Notes under the pieces: model-generated | Database searches by the model: none | Told to the model about the DNA's origin: nothing | The model's input: the letters and a program-made list of their open reading frames with translations, nothing else | Position numbers and translations under genes: made by a program | Assembly (NCBI GenBank): GCA_963675755.2 | Contig: CAXXMD010000002.1 | Span: forward strand, 1,184,001 to 1,248,000 | Direction of reading: 5' to 3' | From: a bacterium | GTDB lineage: Bacteria; Zhuqueibacterota; Zhuqueibacteria; Residuimicrobiales; Krinioviventaceae | Length of the DNA stretch: 64,000 bases | In this document: one piece after another, positions 31,605 through 41,278 of the stretch | Layout: each line of letters begins with the position of its first letter | Numbering within the stretch: position 1 is the first letter of the stretch

Positions 31605-32351
31605 ATGAAAGCTTTACAAATAGCATTCATTACAGTTCTACTCACAATCACAATCCAGGCACAAACGATTTCACAATATCCACACGCAGATACGGTTTAC
31701 ATCGAGTATCAAAATTCACCGATGGTTTTGCCTCAGGTAACAGAGCCAGTTACTGGCCCGGATATTATCATGTTAACCCCTCAAGATAGTACAAAATTTT
31801 GCATATACAATGGCACCAAAACCTACCTCCCTTATATCTTTTTTACAGTGAACGATTCTTTAAATGAATTTTATTATGATCTGTATATGGAAGCAGATCC
31901 AAAACAACCTTGGTGGCCTATGGTTGGCCTTTTTTTTGAAACTCCCCAAAAAACGCTAATTATGGGATTCTGGCTAAATTTGCGAATTTATGACTCGAAT
32001 CAAAATTTTATCTCCGTTTTCCGTAGATATATAATGCCCGAGCTGCTGGATACGGAAACACAAATAGTGAAACATAGCAGTGTCCCATCCTCCCCAGCAT
32101 TATTGACCAATTATCCCAATCCATTCAACAACAGGACTTGTATAGAGTACAAAGTTATACAAGACAGCCATATTGAACTGACGATCCATGATCAGACGGG
32201 AAGATTAGTTGATATATTGTTTAGTGGTTTTAAAAGGCAGGGTAACTACAAACTGGACTGGGATGCTCGACCATATGCCAGCGGTATTTATTTTATAAGC
32301 ATTAATAGCAAAACCGGAATTTCAACACATAAAATTCTGTATTTAAAATGA
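31605..32351 (+). CDS. Small secreted protein with T9SS-like C-terminal sorting domain
   Basis: Signal peptide; NYPNPFNNRT..GRLVDIL..ASGIYFI..KILYLK. Confidence 0.85.
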   Translation: MKALQIAFITVLLTITIQAQTISQYPHADTVYIEYQNSPMVLPQVTEPVTGPDIIMLTPQDSTKFCIYNGTKTYLPYIFFTVNDSLNEFYYDLYMEADPKQPWWPMVGLFFETPQKTLIMGFWLNLRIYDSNQNFISVFRRYIMPELLDTETQIVKHSSVPSSPALLTNYPNPFNNRTCIEYKVIQDSHIELTIHDQTGRLVDILFSGFKRQGNYKLDWDARPYASGIYFISINSKTGISTHKILYLK

Positions 32352-32401
32352 CAGCATTAACTTTTTGTATTTGGTAAATTAAATAATTCAAGGCCCTTAA
32401 A

Positions 32402-33091
32402 TTGGATATTTCGGAAAACAGAGTTGTATCTTCACACAAAACAGGTGCCGAAAATATTATCATGATGCGGCTCCCAACGGATAGATTTCAAACAATAACC
32501 TCTTTTTATGACCCTCCTACAGATAAAAAATCTCGTTTTACAGTTGCATTGCTGGCGCAATCCTGTAATCGTGTTATATTTGATAATGATAATACAGGGC
32601 CAGGGTATGAAGTCCATTTATGGCTCCAATTGGCATCAATCGATGAAAAAAATCCAATTCAAGACGCAGATTTAAAATTGCCAACAACGCAATGGTTGTC
32701 TCTTGCTTGTGCGGCAGAGAATCCATCTGTTCAGCATTATATGCAATCATTTGGAATTCAAACACAAAATCTGAAAAAAATTATATTGCAGGAACAAGGA
32801 GGATCAATATTATTTCCGGACAATGGTAGTATAGACTGGAAAATATCCGGTTCCGGGAAAAAACTGCATAAAGTGGATGTTAAGCATGTATTGTTTAATA
32901 CGGATGCTAAACCCGGCTCTACAGGTCATCATATTAAAGCTATATTAACAGATGCGGTAATGGAGCAATATGGCAAAGTACATATTCAAACTGCTGCATT
33001 TGAACCGTTTTTAATCAAAGGGGAAAAGATTACAGCATTCATACATCGTACGGGCAAACTGGAAGCAGATATTCTCTGGCAATTACTGTAA
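32402..33091 (+). CDS. Hypothetical protein
   Basis: 229-codon ORF filling the gap between genes; start uncertain; no family recognised. Confidence 0.6.
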   Translation: MDISENRVVSSHKTGAENIIMMRLPTDRFQTITSFYDPPTDKKSRFTVALLAQSCNRVIFDNDNTGPGYEVHLWLQLASIDEKNPIQDADLKLPTTQWLSLACAAENPSVQHYMQSFGIQTQNLKKIILQEQGGSILFPDNGSIDWKISGSGKKLHKVDVKHVLFNTDAKPGSTGHHIKAILTDAVMEQYGKVHIQTAAFEPFLIKGEKITAFIHRTGKLEADILWQLL

Positions 33092-33174
33092 TTTTATGAT
33101 CACAGTTTCCAAGGCACTACCTTAAAGCTTCCCAAAACCAAAATGTGTTCCCAAGCTAGTATATATAAACGAAT

Positions 33175-33214
33175 ATCTGCCTTGTCCGGAATCAATTCGT
33201 ACAAGGCAGATTTT
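33175..33214. terminator. Intrinsic terminator between convergent genes
   Basis: ATCTGCCTTGT..ACAAGGCAGAT-TTT. Confidence 0.7.
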
Positions 33215-33231
33215 ATAAAATTGTAAACGAC

Positions 33232-35632
33232 CTATTTATTGGCTTTAATCAACGGTTGATCATAAATTGAAGGATAACCGCCGCCCATATTGCGTGCCAA
33301 CCAGAGTCGGTAATCCAGAGAAGTGGTAGCTGTCAAATATTTTTTGGTGATAGGAGTTACCGCTGTTACCACAACAATAGCAGGGCCATCTTTTTCATTT
33401 ACATTAAGCACCAGTTCGTCCCGGAAATCACCATATAAATCAGCAGTCATTCTTAATCCGCTTTTCGGTACAGGATTAGGGATCTCTCCTTCCACAGTAA
33501 TTACATTTTCACCATCATAGTTGCCTAATACTCTGCCACTAGCGCTTAACAGTTCGCGGGTATCGTCTCCATCCCATTCAAAAGGAAGATAACTGAAAGG
33601 CTGAGCTTTTTTCAACAAACGGCCGTCTGCAGAAAACATAGCCAATTTTGCGTCACCATGGCCGGTCCGGGTGCACAAACACTCCATCCCCGGTGAGCCG
33701 TCCCAAATATCTGCCGCCCAGCCGCTATGACCGTGTGACCAGCGTGGATCATCTTCCTTGTTTTCTTTCCAGATGATCTCACCGGTACTGGCATCGCACA
33801 TATACGTTCCGGCATTGATATTATCTTCAATCAGGTACCATACTTCAAGTCCCGGGCGATCAGGTAAAAAGTCGAGAATCTTGACCTTATCCGCATGTCG
33901 TTTGTAGATGGACCAACGTAGCGTTCCATCATTATTCAGACAGGTAGTACCATCAAACACTTCCTGTTTTCCATCACCATCCACATCGCACACTTCAATC
34001 TTGTGTCCACCGCTGCCGTTAGTAGCGCCAGTGCTTTTATATTCCCACAGTTTGTTCAAATTTTGATCAAAAGCCGTGAGTACTTCATTTTCATAGAGCC
34101 CGGTCTGGGTGATCACTGCGGGATGAACACCATCAAGATAACCGATTGATAATTGAATACGGGTAGATGACCGGTAAATATCAGAAATCATTTCGGGCCA
34201 GAGATTTTTAGCCTTTAGCTCGCCTGTCATACCGTCAAGAATAGTGACATAGACCTCGTCGCCAATCTGCATACGGCAAATAACTTCAGCCTTGCCGTCG
34301 CCATCCATATCCCAAACATTAAAGGGCACATTGCTGGCACTGCCCCAACAATGGTCATGCCAACAGACATCTTTGCACCATAAAGAACGTCCATAAGAGG
34401 TAAAGGCTTCTATCTGTACCGGTACCTTGGGATTCTGTGATTGTTCATGATTGCCGTTATAACATCTTGATTACACAATCCAGTACACCATCGCCATCAA
34501 GATCACCAAAAATGGGTACAATCTGGTCCTTGGTGATAGGTTTGAAACGGGCAACAATGGGCAGATATGTCTCCTGATCAGAAACTTTTATATCGGTCCA
34601 ATCCGAATGTTTGCCTTCCTTTCCTTTGCTGTTAACAGAACGAACATAATAATGATAATGTTCTCCGGGTTTTACATCATCATCGATAAAACAGGTACCA
34701 TCTTTGACAGGTGATTTAGTGATGCGAAAACCGTCATGCCGCCGGGAATCACTGCGATATACGTGAAAACCGTCCCCTTGTTTGTCTGTTTCAAGTAACG
34801 CCCAAGAAAGAAAGACGCTTGAAGGGCCGGTTTGAACAACACATGATTTTCGCGGCAAGATCGTCCAGTCTCCAGGATTCGGTTCACGTACCGGCCGGAA
34901 ACCTTTATCAGGACTTTTGATGCCTTGAATGGAACTGTCAGTTCCGCCACAATGCAGATAAATTTCGCCGACAGCCCAGGATCCGCCAGCTAATCCTTCT
35001 TCGAGGCAGCGAGGATCAAGAACACGATATTTAAATCGAATTGCAGAAGCGTCATTCCGATCGTCAACTCCTTGCCAGACATTGCCCATTATATGGTAAA
35101 GGCCGTAACCGTTTTGGTAACCGGATTTAGCGGGTTGGAGCCATTTGTCCCAATCGGGATAGTTTCGTTTGTGATCATGGTTGTAATTGGCAAATTTGGG
35201 AGATGCCATGTCACCCCAGGGGAAAAGCTTGTCAACAAGACCGCCTCTCGAGGCCCATTCAAATTCGGCTGTTGTGGGAAGACGATACAAGCGGCCCTCT
35301 TTGGCTGAGCGCCAGTCCAGATAAGCCAGCATGTCGTAACGGTTTACATAAATAACGGGGTAATCTTTTTTGCCATTGGGGATCTCGCCGTTTTCCCAAT
35401 ACTCAGGCACCGGATAACCGGTATCGTCAGTAAATTCTTTGTACTCGGCATTGGTAATTGTGTGATCAAGAATCTCAAAATCTTCAACTCTGACGGGTAG
35501 TCGTTTTTTATACAAAATACTACCACTTTCAAACTCGGCACCCTTTATGAGCACAAAGTCATCATCAGCCATAACAGCACTAACAAGGAAAAGCAGAAAA
35601 ACCATACTCGTGTAGAATCTTGCTTTCAACAT
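33232..35632 (-). pseudogene. FGE-sulfatase (SUMF1-like) + Fn3 + PL11 rhamnogalacturonan-lyase-like fusion, split by one frameshift
   Basis: ITNAEY..RLPTTAEFEWASRGG..NGYGLYHIMGNVWQ; LSWALLETD..GFHVYR; DLDGDG/DMDGDG repeats. Removing one base at 34461-34462 joins both ORFs into 799 aa (..CVIKM-YNGNHEQ..VPFNVWD). Confidence 0.8.
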
Positions 35633-35793
35633 GGACTCCTTTTGATAAAAGGTAAAAAAATGGGGTGGCTGTCAATTAATACAATGTATTGTTCGTTATT
35701 ATTTAAATAAAAAACTAATTTATGACAATAAAAAGTACAAAATTGTAAACTCGAAAAAAAAGTTATTCTTCATTATTTAAGATCAAACCGTGA

Positions 35794-35824
35794 TCTCACT
35801 CCCAGGCAAAGCCAGGGAAAGAGA
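35794..35824. repeat. REP-like imperfect palindrome
   Basis: TCTCACTCCCAGGCAAAGCCAGGGAAAGAGA, similar to 36512-36541. Confidence 0.6.
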
Positions 35825-35833
35825 ATGAGGAAA

Positions 35834-36463
35834 TTAACCATTCCAGTCTTTTACTGGCCTTATATTATGTTGTAACAACTGATTTGAAAATTCATCAATA
35901 CAATTTAAAATCTGATCAGTTTCAGGAATACTAAAAACAAACTCTAATTCCCTAATTAAAACAATCCCACTCTTATTAGAACGAAAATTATACTTTTGTA
36001 ATAAGTCCTTGAGTGTTGAAATCTCTTTACCACAAAGATCAACAGGAATAGCAATTGTAATATATTTTTTGGAATTATTATAGATAGGAAAAATAGAAAT
36101 AATAAATCCGTTATGAGAGCCTAAATACTGTCGATCCTGTTGTTGATAGCCATATAAATTTAATGCAGTCATTTTAGGATTATTGAATAACCTTTTCTCT
36201 CTTTTTGGTCTGAAAATTTTCTCGTCCAAAAGCAAAATCGATCCTACTAAAATGGATAGTACAAGTGAAAAAATAAATGCAAAACAAAACAGAAAATAAT
36301 CAAAATCATTATGTGATTTAATTATTATTACAATAGTAAACATAATCCATAAAACAATAAAATTCAGTAAATAGAATTGTTTTATATTTTTCCATATTAT
36401 TTTTAATAACGTTTGATTTGTTTGATTTGCTGAAAAAGTAGTTATTTTCAACTCTAATCTCAA
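35834..36463 (-). CDS. AT-rich hypothetical membrane protein (2 TM)
   Basis: 209-codon ORF with two hydrophobic segments; start uncertain. Confidence 0.55.
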   Translation of the reverse strand: MRLELKITTFSANQTNQTLLKIIWKNIKQFYLLNFIVLWIMFTIVIIIKSHNDFDYFLFCFAFIFSLVLSILVGSILLLDEKIFRPKREKRLFNNPKMTALNLYGYQQQDRQYLGSHNGFIISIFPIYNNSKKYITIAIPVDLCGKEISTLKDLLQKYNFRSNKSGIVLIRELEFVFSIPETDQILNCIDEFSNQLLQHNIRPVKDWNG

Positions 36464-36480
36464 CTAGTTTGAATTTATAT

Positions 36481-36640
36481 CTCAACCTTGGAATCAACAA
36501 ATTGTCATCAACCCCATTCCCAGGCAGAGCCAGGAAAAAAGAACTTTTTTAAATTTCCATTAACAACCTATATATCAGTGTTAATCTGCGTTTATCTGCG
36601 GTTCATTTTTTCTGGTTCCAAGGCTCTGCCTTGGAACCCA
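36481..36640. repeat. REP-like palindrome cluster plus 10-bp tandem repeat
   Basis: Perfect GGTTCCAAGGC-tct-GCCTTGGAACC (36614-36638); degenerate copies at 36481-36495 and 36512-36541; ATCAGTGTTA-ATCTGCGTTT-ATCTGCGGTT at 36574-36603. Confidence 0.75.
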
Positions 36641-36750
36641 AGCGTAATGTACTATCACAATTCCAAGAAAAAACAGAAAACAAAAAATCAATCTATCCCG
36701 GCAATTCTTAAAATCATCATTTTACCACGGTTCATTAATGAAATATTTAA

Positions 36751-37892
36751 TTATGTATTTGGCAACACCTCTATCACCGAAACAGGACACGCAATTACGC
36801 ATGCACCACACCCCACACATGCATCTGTTATTATCTCGGGTTTGGCGGAAAAATCTACATTCGATTTTTAATCACCACTGCCTGATAAGAACAGAAATTT
36901 CTGCACTGGTTACATTCTTTTAGTTGTGTCAGCAAGCAATCTTTAACATGGATAACCGCAATACCCATAACATGATTTTTCTTTTCATCTCTGTTAATTC
37001 TTTTCAACGTTCCCGAAGGACATACATCTCCGCAAGCAGTGCATTCCGGCAGGCAATAACCATTCTTAAAGGATACCTGCGGCGTCAAAATCCCAGCGGG
37101 ATCAGATGGATCAAACGAGGATTGTATAATACCCGTTGGACACGCTTTGCCACAATTACCGCAACGAAGGCAGCTTGCCAACAGTTCTGCTTCCGGTAAT
37201 GCAGCAGGCGGGCGGATAACAGTCCTGCGAGTATTTGAAAAAACAGTCCGAATTGAAAATCCTGCCGCAAACCCGGTAATCGCTCCAAGGGCCAATCTTC
37301 TCGAGTGGTTAAAACGGGAATGTTGAGACCGGAAAACCAATCGTTTAAATCGAGTTATCAGGTCCTGCAATCCTCCAAGAGGACAAACCTTGCCGCACCA
37401 GACATAGGGTAAAACAAAATTCAAAAGCAGCAGCAATACGAGTCCGGCAGCTTTGAGGGAAATAACTGAAAACGGTTGGGTTTTAAACGCACTGAAAAAT
37501 GTATTAAAAATAGATATGGGATCCAATAATCCCAAAATGGTTGTCCCTGTCAGGGCCGCAACTATTCCCGCAACTGCTAACGCTTTTCCCAATGCGGGAA
37601 TGTGCTTGACAATTCCCATGCGTCTCCCCCGCTTTGATACCGCATCGCAAAGTGCACCGGTAGGACACATCCAATTACAATACCAGCGATGGCGTACAAA
37701 TGATAGTACCAATACCAGAATCGCAATTAGGTGCAGCCAAACAAAAGCAAATTGCCCAATGACCATTAACAGCATTAAATAGGGACTGGACCACAAATAA
37801 AAACCGCTGAATCCCTTCCATTGCAAAGGTAATGCAAACAAAACTGCAATACCAAAAGAAATCCAACGTACATTATAGGATTTCAACCTCAT
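36751..37892 (-). pseudogene. Membrane 4Fe-4S protein (NapH + NapG/MauM-like), frameshifted near the 3' end
   Basis: CNWMCPTG, WCGKVCPLG, IRPP, CLRCGNCGKACP. Adding one base to the T5 run at 36865-36869 restores a final CVGCGACVIACP and a stop at 36751 (380 aa). Confidence 0.85.
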
Positions 37893-39214
37893 CCCAGGTT
37901 TGCCTTTTGCTCACGCAACAGCTTTTGTACCTGGGGTACATCCACGGATTTGGCTGTTGTATTGTTTTTGGCAGCAATTGCAGCCGCTGCTCCGGCAGCA
38001 TGCCCGGTAATCAGACAGGTACCAATGATACGTGTATCCTGGAACAGGGATTCTTCAAAATCAAAGCAACGTCCGGCAACAAGTAAATTCTTTGTTTTTG
38101 AAGGGAGTAAAGAACGTAAAGGTATCTGCCATAGGGGCCTTTTTTTCATGGGTACACGTTTTCCCTGGTAAGGAATAGTTGTCCACGCTCCGCTTATGCC
38201 TACAACATCCTTGAATGATTTAAAAGTCATGGAATCCTGAAGGGTTAAACGATATTCTCCATTCAACAATCGGGAGATGCGGGTTCCCAGCTGTGAAGCC
38301 GTATCAAGCACATATAATTTTTCATATCCGGGAGTGGATTTAATCTTTTTAAATGTTTCCCAAATATCTAACCGGTATTGCTGCTGCATGCGAGACAGGT
38401 TCCAGGCATCTAACACATCCTGATGATCACCGGTAGTCATATTTACCCAGTTTACGCCCTCTATGGGAGTCGGTTTGCCAATACTCAACTCTTTATATCC
38501 GGGTTTGGTTTTATCAACCAGATGGGTATTGCCCAGACGATGTACCAGCCCAACCTCATATTTCATGGTACGGTAGGATTCACCAGCAAGATGATAGATG
38601 TCGCCATCACCCGTACAATCCACTATCATTTTTGCTACAATTGCACCTCGCCCTGACTTTGTTTCCACCATCACAGCTTTAATATGTTCATTTTCAACAA
38701 TCACATTACCGGCCCATGCATGATACAACATGCGTACACCGGATTCTTTGATCATCTCTTCCATTACATACTTGCCGGCTTCGGGATCAATAACCGTATT
38801 ATAATCCCGTATTGTCATTCCCATATCGCGCAGTTTTTGTTCAATTTCTCCACCAATGCCATACAAAACGCGTTTAAACTTTCCAGATTCATCAGTTGCA
38901 TGTGTAGATAATAATGGCAGAACCAATCCACCGGTCCATAATCCACCCAGATGGTTATAACGCTCCATAAGGACAACATTAACGCCGGCCCGTCCGGCTG
39001 AGACAGCCGCCGCAACACCAGCAGGCCCTCCTCCTACGACAAGTACATCGGTTGTAGCCAGGATAGGTATATCCCGTGCAGGTTCACGTATAGTATCCGT
39101 TTCTGTGAGTTCCGGGACTTTTGCCTTTTCCGGGGTGTTTTTATCACATCCCGTACTGCTTATAACCGCACCGGCGCCCGCAGCCAAAGTCGTTAAAAAC
39201 CTGCGACGTTTCAT
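37889..39214 (-). CDS. Tat-exported FAD-dependent oxidoreductase (FAD_oxidored family)
   Basis: KRRRFL, DVLVVGGGPAG, LGGLWTGG, VDCTGDGD, NLLVAGRC. Confidence 0.9.
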   Translation of the reverse strand: MKRRRFLTTLAAGAGAVISSTGCDKNTPEKAKVPELTETDTIREPARDIPILATTDVLVVGGGPAGVAAAVSAGRAGVNVVLMERYNHLGGLWTGGLVLPLLSTHATDESGKFKRVLYGIGGEIEQKLRDMGMTIRDYNTVIDPEAGKYVMEEMIKESGVRMLYHAWAGNVIVENEHIKAVMVETKSGRGAIVAKMIVDCTGDGDIYHLAGESYRTMKYEVGLVHRLGNTHLVDKTKPGYKELSIGKPTPIEGVNWVNMTTGDHQDVLDAWNLSRMQQQYRLDIWETFKKIKSTPGYEKLYVLDTASQLGTRISRLLNGEYRLTLQDSMTFKSFKDVVGISGAWTTIPYQGKRVPMKKRPLWQIPLRSLLPSKTKNLLVAGRCFDFEESLFQDTRIIGTCLITGHAAGAAAAIAAKNNTTAKSVDVPQVQKLLREQKANLG

Positions 39215-39290
39215 TTTTCCTCCTCCTGAAATGATTTTTTATTTTTTTAAATTAAGGATTTATTTACAAAAAACAAGCAAGAAACAAAAC

Positions 39291-39319
39291 TTGCATTTTG
39301 AACATATGTTCATTATATT
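39291..39319 (+). promoter_or_regulatory. Sigma70 promoter with a palindromic operator in its spacer
   Basis: TTGCAT-17 nt-TATATT; perfect palindrome TGAACATATGTTCA at 39299-39312. Confidence 0.7.
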
Positions 39320-39350
39320 GTGCCGCATGAATCATTTAAAAAGGATCAAG

Positions 39351-39815
39351 ATGCCTCGTACAAAAAAACAAAAAATGGTTGAAACACCACCCGTATTTAA
39401 ATCATTCAAACCGGTTGGGATAAAGCGAAGTGAGTTACAACATCTGGCCCTGAATCTGGATGAATATGAAGCCATAAGACTTGCAGATTATATGGGGTTA
39501 GACCATAAAGAAGCTGCAGAAGAAATGGATATTTCACGTCCATCCTTTTCACGTTTAATTGAACAGGCTAGAAACAAACTGGCTACTTTTCTTATTGAAG
39601 GTAAAGCATTGGCCATTGAAGGTGGTAATATTCATTTCAGAGGTAACATATATCAATGTCTACAATGTGATCATATGTTCAATATTAGTATTGAAAACAA
39701 GATGAATGAATGCCCATCTTGCAGTTCCAAGACATTAGTCAATCTGGCTGGTGGCTATGGGCATGGTGAGTGTTGTGTAAAAAATCTTGAACAGGATGAT
39801 GAAAACCATGCATAA
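39351..39815 (+). CDS. DUF134 family HTH protein with C-terminal Cys-rich ribbon
   Basis: MPR..FKPVG..LDEYEAIRLADY.GL...EAAEEMDISRPSFSR..GKALAIEGG; CxxC..CxxC; start moved to ATG 39351. Confidence 0.9.
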   Translation: MPRTKKQKMVETPPVFKSFKPVGIKRSELQHLALNLDEYEAIRLADYMGLDHKEAAEEMDISRPSFSRLIEQARNKLATFLIEGKALAIEGGNIHFRGNIYQCLQCDHMFNISIENKMNECPSCSSKTLVNLAGGYGHGECCVKNLEQDDENHA

Positions 39816-39863
39816 TTTTAACTAACAATATTTCAAAACAAAACGACAAGACTCGAGGAAGTA

Positions 39864-41225
39864 ATGAAAAAGACAGACGTATTGGTAATTGGAAGCAGCG
39901 CAGCAGGTTTGGTTGCAGCAATAACAGCAAAAACAGTTAATCCGGATAAAGATATCACGGTAATCCGTAAGGAAGAAAAAACACTGGTTCCTTGTGGTAT
40001 TCCATATATTTTCGCTTCAGTAGAAAGCAGCGATAATAACATTCTGCCTTCAGACAAAATGTTTCAAGGCGCAGGTGTAAACCTGACAATTGGAAGTGTA
40101 TCATCAATATCTCGTTCTGACAAAAAATGTATTTTGGAAAACGGAGATGAAATAGCATATGATAAACTCGTAATAGCAACGGGATCTACTCCCTCAATTC
40201 CCAAATGGTTAAAAGGCGCGAATTTAAACAATGTATTCACGGTCCCGAAAAACAAAGTATATCTCGATGAAATGCAGGAAAAACTGCAAAGCTGCAATAA
40301 AGTTATCACTATCGGAGCTGGTTTTATTGGCGTTGAATTGTCTGACGAGTTGAACAAAGCTGGCAAAGAAGTAACCCTGGTTGAAAAATTACCACATATA
40401 TTAGGACTGGCATTTGATGAAAAGATTGCAACCAGAGCGGCTACTCTCTTGTCGGAAAGAGGTGTAAATATAAGGACCGGCATTGGTGTAAAAGAAATTG
40501 TTGGTGATAACAAGGTAAGTGGTGTATTGCTTGAAAATGGAGAAACACTTGAGGCAGATGCAGTTGTTTTGGCAATGGGTTGCAAGCCCAACTCTAAATT
40601 AGCTCAGGATGCAGGTTTGCCCATAAGCACAAATGGATTTATCAAAGTAGATGAATATATGCGTACCGAAGACTCGGATATTTTTGCGGTTGGCGATTGT
40701 GCCGAAAAAAGAGATTTTATTACCCGCAAACCCAATTCCGTAATGCTTGCATCAACTGCATGTGCGGAAGCCAGAACAGCCGGAATTAATTTGTACAAAT
40801 TGTCCGTTGTCAAAACCTTTACCGGAACAATATCTATCTTTTCAACAGCAATTGGAGACACAGGGTTTGGTGTTGCCGGGCTGAACGAGTCAAGAGCGAG
40901 AGCAGAAGGATTTGATATCATAACCGGAGAATTTGAAGGTATGGATAAACATCCGGGTACTTTACCGGGCACACAAAAACAATTGGTTAAACTCATCGTT
41001 AGTAGAGAATCCGGAATCATTCTGGGTGGCGAAATTGTTGGTGGATTGTCCGTAGGAGAATTGACCAATACCCTGGGATTCATCATCCAAAACCGGATGG
41101 ATGTAAATGACATTCTGACATCACAAATCGGAACACATCCCCTTTTAACCGCTTCCCCTGCAGGTTATCCCCTGTTAAAAGCAGCTGGTGATGCCGCCAA
41201 AAAGAAAATGGGATTAGCAGCCTAG
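39864..41225 (+). CDS. Pyridine nucleotide-disulfide oxidoreductase (NADH oxidase/CoA-disulfide reductase family)
   Basis: IGSSAAG, single redox Cys in PCGIPY, ATGS, IGAGFIGVE, IFAVGDC. Confidence 0.9.
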   Translation: MKKTDVLVIGSSAAGLVAAITAKTVNPDKDITVIRKEEKTLVPCGIPYIFASVESSDNNILPSDKMFQGAGVNLTIGSVSSISRSDKKCILENGDEIAYDKLVIATGSTPSIPKWLKGANLNNVFTVPKNKVYLDEMQEKLQSCNKVITIGAGFIGVELSDELNKAGKEVTLVEKLPHILGLAFDEKIATRAATLLSERGVNIRTGIGVKEIVGDNKVSGVLLENGETLEADAVVLAMGCKPNSKLAQDAGLPISTNGFIKVDEYMRTEDSDIFAVGDCAEKRDFITRKPNSVMLASTACAEARTAGINLYKLSVVKTFTGTISIFSTAIGDTGFGVAGLNESRARAEGFDIITGEFEGMDKHPGTLPGTQKQLVKLIVSRESGIILGGEIVGGLSVGELTNTLGFIIQNRMDVNDILTSQIGTHPLLTASPAGYPLLKAAGDAAKKKMGLAA

Positions 41226-41242
41226 AACCAGAGTTAAAATAT

Positions 41243-41278
41243 ATCGCGATGCAATATACAGTTTGCATCGCGATTTTA
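41243..41278. terminator. Intrinsic terminator between convergent genes
   Basis: ATCGCGATGCAA..TTGCATCGCGAT-TTT. Confidence 0.8.

Noticed and set aside
31388-36640. CRISPR array or integron attC array
   Set aside because: The repeats are irregularly spaced and degenerate, lack attC RYYYAAC/GTTRRRY ends, and no cas or integrase gene is present.
36488-36871. 127-aa plus-strand ORF
   Set aside because: It spans the repeat cluster and the antisense of the frameshifted 4Fe-4S gene's true 3' end.
39351-39815. DUF134 HTH as the region-4 partner of the sigma2-only protein
   Set aside because: It is 28 kb away, belongs to a widespread family and has its own candidate operator; nothing links the two.
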